From: Mobula hypostoma
Taxonomy: Eukaryota
Assembly (NCBI RefSeq): GCF_963921235.1
Contig: NC_086109.1
Location: 2,108,001-2,172,000 of the forward strand
Direction of reading: 5' to 3'
Length of the DNA: 64,000 bases
Shown here: piece by piece, positions 25,235 through 37,570 of the stretch
Layout: every line of letters begins with the position of its first letter
Numbering within the stretch: position 1 is the stretch's first letter
Translations under genes and position numbers: made by a program
Notes under the pieces: model-generated
The model's database searches: none
Seen by the model: the letters and a program-made list of their open reading frames with translations, nothing else
Told to the model about the DNA's origin: nothing

Positions 25235-25659
25235 AAAGATTGATGGTGCAGAGAATAGATGCAACTGGACATGGATCAGATGCAGACATGGGTGGGGAAA
25301 CGTGGCTGCATGTTGATCAGGGGGGTAAAGAAGGGACTTTACATGCTTGTCCTCATCAGTCGAGGCACTGAGTTCAAAAGTCCAGAAGTTATGCTACATC
25401 TTTAAAAACTCTGATTGAGCGACATCTGGAGTGTTGCATTCATTTCCAGCCACCGCGTTAAAGGAACAACGTGGAGGCTTTGGAGAGGGAACAGACATTT
25501 ACCATCTGGGTGCCTGGACTACAGGGCATGTGCTGGAAGAAAAAGTTGGAGAAATTTTGGTTGTTTCCTCACAGTGTTGGAGGTTGAGGATAGACCTGAT
25601 ACAAGTGTTTAACATTTATAAGAACACAGATAAAGTAGACAGCCAGTATTCTTTCCCCA

Positions 25660-25950
25660 AGGGTTGTACTATAGCGTAGTGGTTAGCACAACACTTTACA
25701 GTACCAGTGAACCAGGTTGAATTCCCGCTACCCGTAAGGAGTTTGTACATTCTCCCCGTGTCCACGTGGGATTCCTCTGCGTGCTCTGGTTTCCTCCCAC
25801 AGTCCAAAGACGTACCGATTGGATGGTTAATTGGTCATTATAAATTATCCTGTGATTAGGCTGGGTTACAACCGGGGGATTGCTGGGCAATGTGGTTCAA
25901 ATCCCAGAAGGGACTATTCCCTGCTGTATCTCAATAAAATATAAAAAAAC
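25660..25950 (+). mobile_element. tRNA-derived V-SINE (HE1-like)
   Basis: A-box-like gtagtggttagc, B-box-like gttgaattccc, conserved gtgctctggtttcctcccacagtccaaagac core, A-rich tail. Confidence 0.75.
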
Positions 25951-26987
25951 AAATGAAATTGTCTAACACCAGAGATGGTGTATTTACAGTGAAGATGATC
26001 AAAAATTCAAAGGAGATGTGTGGGGCAAATTTGTCTTTACACACAGAGTGGTGGGAGACTGAAATGGGCTGCCGGGAGTGGTGATAGAGGCAAAGGCCAG
26101 AGAGATTTTTGAGAGGCTGTCACATACACACATGAATGTGTAGAGAATAAAGGCATATGGAGCACGAACAGTCAGAAGGGATTAGCTTAACTGGGTTCCA
26201 TTAGCAATGAGTTTGGCAGCACATCATGAGCTGAGGAACTGTTCCTGTGATGTTCCATTCCCCACGTTCTGACGTTCTCCTCCCTCCAATGGAACCCGTT
26301 AAATCTGGGGTGGAGGAGATTTCTCAGACAAACGTTGCTGAGTGAGATTATTGTGAATGTGATATTACTGTTGGAGTGAGTCAGGAACCATATTGGTGTG
26401 TGTGAGTGTGCTGCTGTGTCCGTGTACTGTGTCACTCACTGGGACACTATATTCAGTGTAATGAACACACAGGGTCTCACTCAGCACAGCACAGCATGAA
26501 GGCTGAGGAATAAACACCTTGCTGAGCTCAGACCTCAGTCTGGAGAATTACCAAGCAGTGCCTTCTGAAAATGGGATCCCTGAACATGAAAGACCAGGTC
26601 TTTGACCTGGGGATACGGAGGGATCTGTTGAAAAGACCCACAGATATAGACTGTTCGACCCAGTCATCAGCCCCTCCCACCAGATTGGCCTATCTCCTGT
26701 TCCCCCACACCACCTGCTCATCTCCTCCAACCTCGGAGTCACGAGGTTCCCCATTGACAGTTCGATGCTTCACAGCCTCTGGTCCAGTCTCCGGGGATGT
26801 GGTGAGTGTGTCCTCCAGACTCACACTGTCTCAACCCCACTACACTGGGACCGTGAGCCCAGCTCTGGACACGGACAGTCAGTGGGGTTTAGAAAACAGG
26901 GGAACACACAGGATCTGCCTTCACCCATTAATTGGAAGTGTTAGAGGAACCAAAGAAACCTGGGCCCCTCTGCAATGCTTCACTCAC

Positions 26988-27290
26988 CGTACACCTCCAG
27001 TCGCATTTTGTTCTGAGTCTGTGTTCCTGAACTTGCTGTAACAGCCACCTCATAATAACCAATGTCCTTTATCTGTAGATCACGGATTTCCAGACTGAAG
27101 GTCCCAGGATGAAGAGTTATCCGTCGCTTGTACTCCTCAGGACCGAAGTAAGAAATGACTCCATTTGGATATTCTGCTATTGTGGTTCCATCTCTTCTCC
27201 ACACCACCTGAGAAACGTCCAGCCCACGTGTGATCCCAGCAGGTAGGGAGACCAACTGTCCCCAAGCTCTTGTCACGGTCCCCATCCACT
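26988..27290 (-). CDS. Gene A Ig V-set exon 2 (chimeric V3/V1 type)
   Basis: Acceptor cttgtctcctcag|AG, donor TACG|gtgagt; 303 nt, phase 1-1; open frame; DLQIKDIGYYEV. Confidence 0.9.
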
Positions 27291-27969
27291 CTGAGGAGAC
27301 AAGAGGAGGCAGTCAGCCGGTGAGTTCAGTGACTGGAGCAGGAATCGGGGATGTTTCCCCCTCCTGTATGATCTAAAACGAGGGCACAGTTTCAGAATAA
27401 GGGACCATAATTTCAGACAGATATGAGGAAGGATTTCTCTTATCTAAGGTTCAGGAATCGATGGAATTTTCTTCCCCAGAGAGTTGTGGAGGCTGAGTCA
27501 CTGTATTCAAGGTTCAGTCAGAGTTTTGATCTGGAGAGGATTTGGGGAGAGGGTGGAAACAGGCAGGAAAGTAGAGCTGAGATCAGGGTCAGACCAACCC
27601 TGATTTCAGTGAGTGGGGAATAGGCTCTAGATGGGCCAAAGGCCTCCAACAGACTGTCGGTGTTGTGGATGGTGCAGAGGAGCGCCAATAGATGCAATTG
27701 GACATGGATCAGATGCAGACATGGGTGGGGAAACGTGGCTGCATGTTGATCGGGTGCCCAAGAGGGTCTTTACATGCATGTCTTCATCAGTCGAGGCACT
27801 GTGTTCAGAAGTCAGGAAGTTATGCTACATCTTTAAAAACTCTGATCAAGCTACATCTGGAGTATTCCATTGGACTAATTTGGGCTGTTTCCTCTGAGTG
27901 TCAGAGCTGATACAAGCTTATGACATTTATAAGGACACAGATGAAGTAGACAGATAGTATTTTTTTCCC

Positions 27970-28262
27970 AGGGGTGGCACGAATGGGTAGTCCTTAGCAC
28001 AACACTTTACAGTACCAGTGAACCAGACTGAATTCCCGCTGCCCGTAAGGAGTTTGTACATTCTCCCCGTGTCCACGTGGATTCCCCTGTGTGCTCTGGT
28101 TTCCTCCCACAGTCCAAGGACATACCAATTGCATGGTTAATTGGTCATTATAAATTGTCCTGTGATTAGGCTGGGTTACAATTGGGGGATTGCTGGGCAG
28201 TGTGGTTCAAATCCCGGAAGGGACTATTCCCTTCTGTATCTCGATAAAATTTTTAAAAAAAT
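27970..28262 (+). mobile_element. Second HE1-like SINE copy, duplicated together with its intron
   Basis: Same SINE with the same flanks as 25660-25950. Confidence 0.75.
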
Positions 28263-29091
28263 CAAATAAGAGGAGTCCAATACCAGAGATTGTGCATTTA
28301 CAGTGACAGGGGTAAATTCAAAGGAGATGTGTGGGGCAAGATTTTCTTTACACACAGAGTGGTGGGAGCCTGAAATGGGCTGCCGGGAGTGGTGGTAGAG
28401 GCAAAGCAAACCCATTAAACCTGGGGTGGAGGAGATTTCTCCGGCAGACGCTGCTGAGTGAGATTATTGTGAATGTGATATTACTGTGAGAATGAGTCAG
28501 GAACCATATTGCTGTGTGTGAGTGTACTGTTGTGTCTGTGTACTGTGTCACTCACTGGGACACTATATTCAGTGCAATGAACACACAGGGTCTCACTCAG
28601 CACAGCACAGCATGAAGGCTGAGGAATAAACACCTTGCTGAGCTCAGACCTCAGTCTGGGCAATTACCAAGCAGTGCCTCTGAAAATGGGATCCCTGAAC
28701 ATGACAGACCAGGCCTTTGACCTGGGGATACAGAGGGATCTGTTTAACTGACCAACAGATATAGACCGTTCAGCCCATCCACAAGTCCCTTCCACCATAT
28801 TAGCCTATCTCCCGTTCCCTGTTCCCCATCTGCTCATCTCCTCCAACCTCGGAGTCACGAGGTTCCCCATTGACAGTTTGATGCTTCACAGCCTCTGGTC
28901 CAGTCTCCGGGGATGTGGTGAGTGTGTCCTCCAGACTCACACTGACTCAACCTCACTACACTGGGACCGTGAGCCCAGCTCTGGACACGGGCACTCAGTG
29001 GGGTTCAGTAAACAGGGGAACACACAGGATCATTAATTGGGGTGCTTCAGGAACTGATGAAACCCGGGCCCCTCCGCAGCATCTCACTCAC

Positions 29092-29412
29092 CGTACACAT
29101 CCAGTCGCATTTTGTTCTGAATCTGTGCTCCTGAACTTGCTGTGACAGTCACCTCATAATCACCAGTGTCCTCTCTCTGCAGATCACGGATTTCCAGACT
29201 GAAGTTCCCGGGATGAAGAGTTATCCGTCGCTTGTACTCCTCAGATCCGTAATAGTCACTGATCTTGTTTGAATATGACACTATCTTCATCCTGGGTGAC
29301 AACCGTCTCCACACAAGCTCAACAACGTCCGGTCCGACTGGGATCCCAGGATGTAAGGAGACCGACTGTCCCCGTGTTCCATTCACAGTGGTCGGGGAAT
29401 CCCCAGTCCCAG
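29092..29412 (-). CDS. Gene A Ig V-set exon 1 (N-terminal domain)
   Basis: Acceptor ctcttgtctcctcag|CT, donor TACG|gtgagt; 321 nt, phase 1-1; GTGDSPTTVNGTRGQSVSL...LVW...DLQREDTGDYEV...RLDVY. Confidence 0.9.
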
Positions 29413-30109
29413 CTGAGGAGACAAGAGGAGACAGTCAGCAGGTGAATACAGTAACTGTAGAATCAGAGCCGGGTGGATCATAGTTACAGGAGCAGGCCAT
29501 GTGGCCCATCATCTGACTTCTGACCCTGAGAGAGACCCGGCACACAGTTCCTCCATCACACAGTGAGCCCACCGGGGGAACAGAGTGAAGACTCTCCACA
29601 CCCGGCCCTGAGGAAGGGAGTTGCAGCCTGCAGCCAGATATCGATGGTCATGACAGGGAGGCAGAGACATGGCAAATGGGCTCCAGTCTGGAGAAAAGGT
29701 TTGTAGTGTTTGGAGAGAGTGAACACAATGAGGGAATACGGGAAATCACCGTCTACACTGTCCCTTCACCCACTCCCAGTGCACAGGTCATGTACAGAAT
29801 GAAGCTCGTCCACCCTGTCCTTCTGCAGAGGTCGACCGTGGCACTGGTCCTCTCGGCTGACCCTGACCACTGGTTCTTCACAGTGACGTTGTCGGATTAA
29901 CATGACATTGTTGGATTAAGGTCTACAATTTTTGTTTTTTAATTGTCCTTTTCCTTGTTGCTTTAGCTTTCTTTTTGAGTTTATATTTGAATTATCACCT
30001 GTTTGTTAACTTTTAGTAAGTGTGGTATCTTTGGTTCTAGCCTTCTGCGGGGGGAGAGGAAGGAGAACTGGCTGGAAGATGGTGGGTGGTCAGGTGGGTG
30101 GGGAAAGGT

Positions 30110-30240
30110 AAAGACAAGAAAATCTGCAGATGCTGGAAATCCGAGCAACACTCACAAAATGCTGGAGGAACTCAACAGGCCAGGCACTATCTATGGAAAA
30201 AGAGTGAATCGTCATTGTTTTGGGCTGAGACCCTTCATGA
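30110..30240 (-). repeat. Penelope-derived repeat with a decayed hammerhead
   Basis: aaatctgcagatgctggaaat...aaaatgctggaggaactc...gggctgagacccttcat. Confidence 0.65.
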
Positions 30241-31446
30241 GTGGATGTGGTATATTTGGATTTTCAAAAGGCTTTTGGCAAGGTCCCACACAGGAGATCA
30301 GTATGCAAACTTAAAGCACACAGTATTGGGGGTAAGATATTGATGTGGATGGAGAATTGGTTGGCAGACGGGAAGCAAAGACTGGGAATAAACGGGACCC
30401 TTCCAGAATGGCAGGCAGTGACTGGTGGGGTACCGCAAGGCTCAGTGCTGGGACCCCAGTTGTTTACAATATATATTAATGACTTAGACGAGGGAATTAA
30501 ATGCAGCATCTCCAAGTCTGCGGATGACACGATGTTGGGTGGCAGTGTTAGCTGTGAGGAGGATGCTAAGACGATGCAGGATGACTTGGATAGGTTAGGT
30601 CAGTCGGCAAATTCATGGCAGATGCAATTTAATGTGGATAAATGTGAGGTTATCCACTCTGGTGGCAAGAACAAGAAGACAGATTATTATCTGAATGGTG
30701 ACCGATTAGGAAAAGGGGAGGTGCAACGAGACCTGGGTGTCATTATACACCAGTCATTGAAAGTGGGCATGCAGATTCAGCAAGTGGTGAAAAAGGCGAA
30801 TGGTATGCTGGCATTTATAGCACGAGGATTTGAGTACAGGAGCAGGGAGGTTCTACTGCAGTTGTACAAGGCCTTGGTGAGACCACGCCTGGAGTATTGT
30901 GTGCAGTTTTGGTCCCCTAATCTGAGGAAAGACATCTTTGCCATAGAGGGAGTACAAAGAAGGTTCACCAGATTGATTCCTGGGATGGCAGGTCTTTCAT
31001 ATGAAGAAAGACTGGATGAACTAGGCTTGTACTCGTTGGAATTTAGAAGATTGAGGGGGGATCTTATTGAAACGTATAAAATTCTAAAGGGATTGGACAG
31101 GCTAGATGTAGGAAGATTGTTCCCGATGTTGGGGAAGTCCAGAACGAGGGGTCACAGTTTGAGGATAGAGGGGAAGCCATTTAGGACCAAGATGAGGAAA
31201 AACATCTTCACACAGAGAGTGGTGAATCTGTAGAATTCTCTGCCACAGGAAACAGTTGAGGCCAGTTCATTGCCTATATTTAAGAGGGAGTTAGATATGG
31301 CCCTTGTGGCTAAAGGGATCAGGGGGTATGGAGGGAAGGCAGGTACAGGGTTTTGAGTTGGATGATCAGCCATGATCATACTGAATGGCGGTGCAGGCTC
31401 GAAGGGCCGAATGTCCTACTCCTGCACTTATTTTCTATGTTTCTAT
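30241..31446 (+). mobile_element. 5'-truncated CR1, RT to 3' tail
   Basis: Continuous 330-aa ORF 30241..31233; tail ttttctatgtttctat. Confidence 0.93.
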
Positions 31447-31874
31447 ATTTCTGAAGGAAACAGGCTGGGGAAGAAGGTATCTGATCAGAGAGAAGAGAGG
31501 GCAATGGGAGAAAGGGAAGAGGAGGGGCATTTCTGTTTCAAAGGCTCATCATTGTGTTTTGAGGCTGTGCCCTGTGGTCGAAGACACCCCACCCTGCACA
31601 TATGAAACATCCTCTCCAAGTCCATCGGTTTAGCTGTTTCAATATTCAGAATCAGAATCAGGTTTATTATCACCAGCATGGGTCGTAAAATTTGTTAATT
31701 TTGAGTTAGCAGGACAATGCGATACATGATGATAGAGAAAAAGAAACTAAATTGCAGTAAATATATGTATAGAATGTATAATATGTATACGAAGCTTCCC
31801 ATGGGACATCTGTAGAAATTTTCAACTCTTTTCGCAGACAAAACAAATATCCTCAAACTCCTAATGAAATATAG

Positions 31875-32380
31875 CTGTTGTTCATTATAGCAACACACAC
31901 AAAAAATGCTGGTGAAGGCAGCAGGCAAGGCAGCATCTATAGGAAGAGGTTCAGTTGACGTTTCGGGCCGAGACCCTTCGTCAGGACTAACTGAAAGAAG
32001 AGTTAGTAAGAGATTTGAAAGTGGGAGGGGGAGGGGGAGATCCGAAAATGACAGGAGAAGACAGGAGGGGGAGGGATGGAGCCAAGAGCTGGACAGGTGA
32101 TTGGCATAAGGGATAAGAGGCTGGCGAAGGGAGAGGATCATGGGAGAGGAGGCCTAGGGAGAAAGAAAGGGGAAGGGGTACCCAGAGGATGGGCAAGGAG
32201 TTATAGTGAGAGAGATAGAGGGAGAAAAGAGGGGGGGGGGGGACAAAAAAAAAAGAGGAAAAATAAATAAATAAATAAGGGCTGGGGTACGAGGGGGAGG
32301 TGGGGCATTAGCAGAAGTTAGAGAAGTCAATGTTCATGCCATCAGGTTGGCGGCTACCCAGACGGAACAGAAGGGGTGGT
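31875..32380 (-). mobile_element. Penelope-like element 3' end: GIY-YIG C-terminus plus terminal repeat with hammerhead
   Basis: Minus strand 32373-32308 reads LLFRLGSRQPDGMNIDFSNFC*. The hammerhead core CUGACGA-A-GGG..CCC-GAAACGUC lies at 31988-31953. Confidence 0.8.
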
Positions 32381-32389
32381 TCCTCCAAC

Positions 32390-32880
32390 CTGAGTTGGTC
32401 ATTATAGCAGTGTCAATATTTTATGTCCAGGTTCGGTCCTCAGTGATATTGACACCCAGGAACTTAAAATTACTCACTGCCTTCACTTGTGATCACTCCC
32501 TGAGGAGTGTTTATTCCCTCGCCTTGTCCTTGCTGAAGTCCACAATCAGTTCCTTGGTCTTACTCATGTTGAGTGCAAGTTAGTTATGGCAACATCACTC
32601 AACTAGCCGCTCCTGTACGCCCGCTCATCACCACCTGAGTTTCGATGAACAATGGTTGTATCATCAGCAAATTGATAGATGACAGTTGAGCTGTGCCTAG
32701 CCACATGGTCATGGGTGTGCAGTAAGCACGCATCGCTGAGATGTGCCAGTGTTGATTGTCAGCGAAGTAGAGATGTTATTTCCAATCTGCACAGATTATG
32801 TCTTCTGGTTAGAAAGTTGAGGATCCAGCTACAGATGGAGGTACAGAGGCCCAGGGTCTGGAGTTTCCCAGGATTTGCAA
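32390..32880 (-). mobile_element. Rex1/Babar-type LINE RT fragment
   Basis: Minus strand reads YQFADDTTIV...LALNMSKTKELIVDF, same family as 40912..41586. Confidence 0.7.
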
Positions 32881-33789
32881 CTCAACCTGTTAACTACAAT
32901 TTTGTCCAGTCATCAGCCTCTCCTTGCTAGTAGTCTCACTACTCGCTGCCTCCATTTGTAAACCCACCTCCCCATCCTCAGTGCTATCACTGGCTCCCAT
33001 CCCCCTGCCAAATTAGCTTAATTCCCAGACAACAGACCTGAAAAGATATTGGTCCCCTTCAGCTTCAGGTGTAACCCATACCTTTTGTACATGTCATACC
33101 TTCTCCGTAGGAGAGATCCCAAATAAAACACGAGTCGCCTCTTTACCATTCTGTGGTGTGTGGAAGTAGATTTGGTACGGTCTGCTCCTACAGACTCTAC
33201 CATTCCTTATCCTTGTCTGCAAACCATTCCTGCCTGATGATCTGCTGTGCCATCTGGTGGGAGATGAGACTCTCAGTGAAGGTCTCTCTGTGGAGAGACC
33301 TCGGGTGGAGAGTGGTGCACACTGTGGTCAGAATCAAATTCAGGTTTATTCATTCATTCATTATGTTCTGTTTCGTCTAACATGGACGATCATGGTCTTG
33401 ACCATGATTGCTCTAGACAAATTTTCTACTAAAGTTTTTTTGCCATTGCCACCTTTTGGCAGTGTCTTTACAAGATTTGTCACCCAACTATTATTAATCC
33501 TCTTTAGAGATTGTCTGCCTTGTGTCAGTGGTTCCATAAGCAGGATTTGTGATGTGCACCAGCTGCTCAATCGAACATCTGCCACCAATCCGGTTAATTG
33601 TCACTGACCAATGCTGTGAAATCTGTTGTCCAGTGCAAGGCTGCCATGAAACAACAATTACACTAAATGACAAACAATAAACCATGACAAAGAGGAATAG
33701 CAAGGTATTGTTACTGGGTCCATGGTTCAGAAATCTGATGGCGGACGGGAAGAAACTGTTCCTCAATCAGAGTGTGGCTGTTCAGGTAT

Positions 33790-35310
33790 CGAAAGGAAAG
33801 CAGACAGGCAGAGGGGTGGTGCAGCTCTGTTGGTAAAAAATGAAATCAAATCATTAGAAAGAGATGACGTAGGATCAGAATGTGTAAAATCGTTTTGGGT
33901 TGAATTAAGGAACTACAAGGGTAAAAAGATTGTGATGGGAGTTATTCACAGAATCCCAAACAGAAGTAAAGATGTTGTTGACAAAGTACAACAGCAGCCA
34001 GAAAATGCATGTCAAAAGGGCAGCATTACAATTGTCATGGAGGATTTCAATGTGCAGGTAGATTGGGAAAATCAAGTTGCTGCTGGAGTTTCTGGAATAA
34101 GTATGAGATCTGTTTTTGGCCCACGAGGGGATCAGCTATTCTGGATTGGGTGCTGTGCAATGTACTAGGATTGAATAGAGGGCTTCAGGTAAAGGAACAC
34201 TTCGGGACAAGTGACTTGAGCAGAGAAGCTGAAGTTTGCTGTATTGTCATCACAGTGGAGTAAAGGGAATTACGGAGGCATGGGAAAGGAGCTGACCAAA
34301 ATTGAATGCTACCAGGGATTATTGTAAAGCAGCAATGACTGGAATTTCTGGAGCAATTCGTAAGGTGCAGGATATATACATCCCAACGAAGAAGTAAAAA
34401 TTATAAGGAGTTAGTGGATCGCGAAGATTTTAAAAACTAACAGAAGGCAAACAAAAAGTCATAAAGAAGGAAAAGAGGGAATATGAATGTAAGCCAGCCA
34501 ATAGTATTAAAGAAGACCAAAAGTTTCTTCAGATATTCAAAGTGCAAAAGTGAGGTGCCAGTAGAAATTGGACCACTGCAAAATAATGCGGGAGAGGTAG
34601 TAATGTGTTGACAAGGAAATGGCAGATGAATTGAATAACTATTTTGCATCAGCCTTTACTGTGGAATACACTAGCAGAATGCTGGCAGTTCAAGAATGTC
34701 GGGGAGCTGTACTGTATAAAGTTGCCATTCCTAAGGACAAGGTTCTTGGGAAACTGAAAGGTTTGAAGATTGGTAAGTCACCTGGATTGTGAAGATGTCG
34801 GTAACAATCTTTCAAGAATCAAGAGATTCTGGCATTGTTCAGGAGGACTGGAAAATTGCAAATGTCACTCCACTCTTCAAGAAGGGAGGGAGGTAGTAGA
34901 AAGGAAATTATGGGCTAGTTAGTCTGACCTCAGTGGCTGGGAAGATGTTTGAGTTGATCGTTAAGAATGTCATTTTGGGGTATTTGGAGGGACATGATAA
35001 AATAGGCAGCAGTCAGCATGGTTTCCTCAAGGGGAAATCATTTCTAACAATCTGTTAAAGAGTTCTTTGAAGAAATAATAAGCAGGATAGATAAAAGTAA
35101 AGAAGAATCGGGCGCTGTTGTGTACTTGGAATTTCAGACGGTGTCACACGTGAGGTTGCTTAACAAGCCCATAGTATTACAGGGAAATGGTTGTCTGGCA
35201 GGAGGCAAAGACTGGGGATAAAAGGAGCCTTTTCTGGTTGGTTGCCAGTGACTGGTGATGTTCTACAGGGGTCTATGTTGAGACTGATTCTTTTCACGTT
35301 ATATGTCATT
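33790..35310 (+). mobile_element. Degraded CR1 endonuclease-RT
   Basis: GGGAALLVKNEI...FWVELRNYKG...VMEDFN; later CR1 RT-type motifs. Confidence 0.8.
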
Positions 35311-35585
35311 TCATTTTTAAATCTTTTTACTAATATATAATCTTCTACAGCTATAAAATACAGAAATTCAACAAATTAGTAAATACATAATTAATAAAGC
35401 TGAAGAGAAAAAAAACTTGTATATGCTAATGAAAAAACAATTTTATAAAAGAAAAAGAAGGGAAAAAGAGAACCCCAGCTAACTTAAAAAAAACCACTAA
35501 CTATAAAACAAAAAAAAAGAGGAAAAATCCCATTAGGAACCAACTCTCGGAGCAATACATCTTACAATCATTTCAATCATTTATT

Positions 35586-35648
<63 letters not shown>

Positions 35649-36525
35649 AGAAAAAGAAAACAACAACCGCCAAATCACATTTATATAACATAAAACTGGA
35701 AGGAAACAATGTAAATTGATTCAAATTAAATGATAATATTTAGCAAAAGAGCCCCACCTTCTCTCAAAATCAAATCAGGTATCAAAAGTTCTACTTCTAA
35801 TTTTTTCCAAACTAAGACATAACATTACTTGGGAAAACCATTGAATTAGTGTAGGAGCAGAGGTATCTTTCCACTTCAAAAAAATAGCTCTTCTTGCCAA
35901 CAATGTAACAAATGCAATTACATGTTGGTTTGAAAATGAAATACCCTGAATATAATGTGGAACTATTTCAAATAGAACAATCAATGTATTAGGCATTTGA
36001 TAGAGTTGAATGGATTTATTTGTTTAATGTATTAGAGAGATTTGGCTTTGGTAATAATTTTAATAAGTGGATTCAAATAATCTCTAAGAACCCTATCACT
36101 ACTGTCATTACTAATAATCTTAGGTCTCCCTTTTTTTCCTTTCACGAGGTACTCGACAAGGGTGTCCATTAAGTCCTTTATTATTTAATCTCACATTGGA
36201 GCCTTTGGCTATAACAATTCACGAAGCTAAAAATATTGATGGTATTTCTATAAATGGGACCATACATAAGATTACTCTTTATGCAGATGATCTTTTGGTT
36301 TATATCTCGAATCCTGAAGAATCAATTCCTAATCTTTTGGAATTATTAAATGATTTTGGAAAATTTTCAGGATATAAACTTAATTTAAATAAAAGTGAAT
36401 TGTTCCCTTTAAATGTTCCTGTTTTTATATACTGTATAAGGATATTCCATTTAGAATTGTGAACTCTTTTAAATATTTGGGTATTATCATTACAAAAAAA
36501 TAAAGATCTTTATAAAGCTAATCTG
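35310..36525. mobile_element. L1-clade LINE with 5' inversion: 3' end on minus (35310-35996), RT segment on plus (35997-36525)
   Basis: Minus ORF LARRAIFLKWKDTSAPTLIQW..LEKIR abuts plus-strand FDRVEW...RQGCPLSPLLF...LYADDLL...FGKFSGYKLNLNKS. Confidence 0.75.
35587..35647. repeat. Compound (TA)n(TG)n(TA)n microsatellite
   Basis: Directly visible. Confidence 0.97.
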
Positions 36526-36799
36526 CAAAATCCACTGTAGTCACACACCCAAGCTACTGTGACAGGACCTTGCAAACCTGTCACCTCTCCCAACAGGAAG
36601 GATAAGAGCAGCAGTACAGGAGAACACCACCACCTGCAGGTTCCCCTCCATGTCCCACAGCCTCCCTGGCCAGCTGGACAAACCACCTCCAGCCAGCTGG
36701 ACAGATCATCTCCTTCTCACTGTGGCATGGAGTTCTCCGCCACACTGCAGTTCACAGAAGCAATGTTTGTACCATCCAGAGGGATTCTTCACCCTGTCC

Positions 36800-37030
36800 C
36801 CACAGTGGCCTCCACGTGTAGTAAAGACACCTACCTTAGGCTATTGTTTAACAAACACAGATCCATCCTCCATTCCACAATTCCAAGGAAAATCATCTCC
36901 AAACTCCTAGAAATGAGACACAACACCTCCCTTTGCAACTGTATGCTTGGCCTCCTGACCAACAGAACACAATCAGGAAGGAAGCACTGTGACATCCACA
37001 GCACAATTATTCTCACAGCGTTTGCACCAT
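36800..37030 (+). mobile_element. Highly decayed Rex/Babar RT fragment
   Basis: STIPRKIISKLLEMRHNTSLCNCMLGLLTNRTQS resembles TIIP..L..KL..LGL..SLCNWILDFLT.R.Q. Confidence 0.55.
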
Positions 37031-37248
37031 GAGGAAAACCTCTCTCCAACTCTAGAGTTTGATCGAAATCATTTCTGTCTGCATGGACGAAGGGAGAGAG
37101 AGCGAAAGGCAAAGGTAGGCTCTGAGTTATGAAGAGAGGTAGACAGAGCTCTGAACACTGGGAACAGGGAGCGGGATAAACAGAGCTCTGACCATAGGGG
37201 ACGGGGGAAGAAGAAGAGGGGGTGTGGAGAGGAGAGGGGGGAGTGATG

Positions 37249-37503
37249 AGGGAGAGACAGAACTCTGAACACAGGGGAGAGAGGACAGGGAGAGACAGAA
37301 CTCTGAACACAGGGGAGAGAGGACAGGGAGAGACAGAACTCTGAACACAGGGGAGAGAGGACAGGGAGAGACAGAACTCTGAACACACGGGAGAGAGGAC
37401 AGGGAGAGACAGAACTCTGAACACAGGGGAGAGAGGACAGGGAGAGACAGAACTCTGAACACAGGAAGAGAGGACAGGGAGAGACAGAACTCTGAACACA
37501 CGG
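37249..37503. repeat. 38-bp minisatellite, about 7 copies, at the start of gene A intron 1
   Basis: (ggagagacagaactctgaacacaggggagagaggacag)n. Confidence 0.95.
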
Positions 37504-37570
37504 GAGAAGGGCGAAGCTGGAAGATCTCCCTGTTCTCTAATAACTATCGATCACCACAATCTGACCTTAC

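Noticed and set aside
26187-28551. Paired ORFs 26187..26435 and 28348..28551 (SNITFTIISLS.VC) as C2-domain exons
   Set aside because: They are duplicated intron sequence. The frames diverge or stop soon after the shared part, and the second Cys and Trp of a C2 fold are absent.
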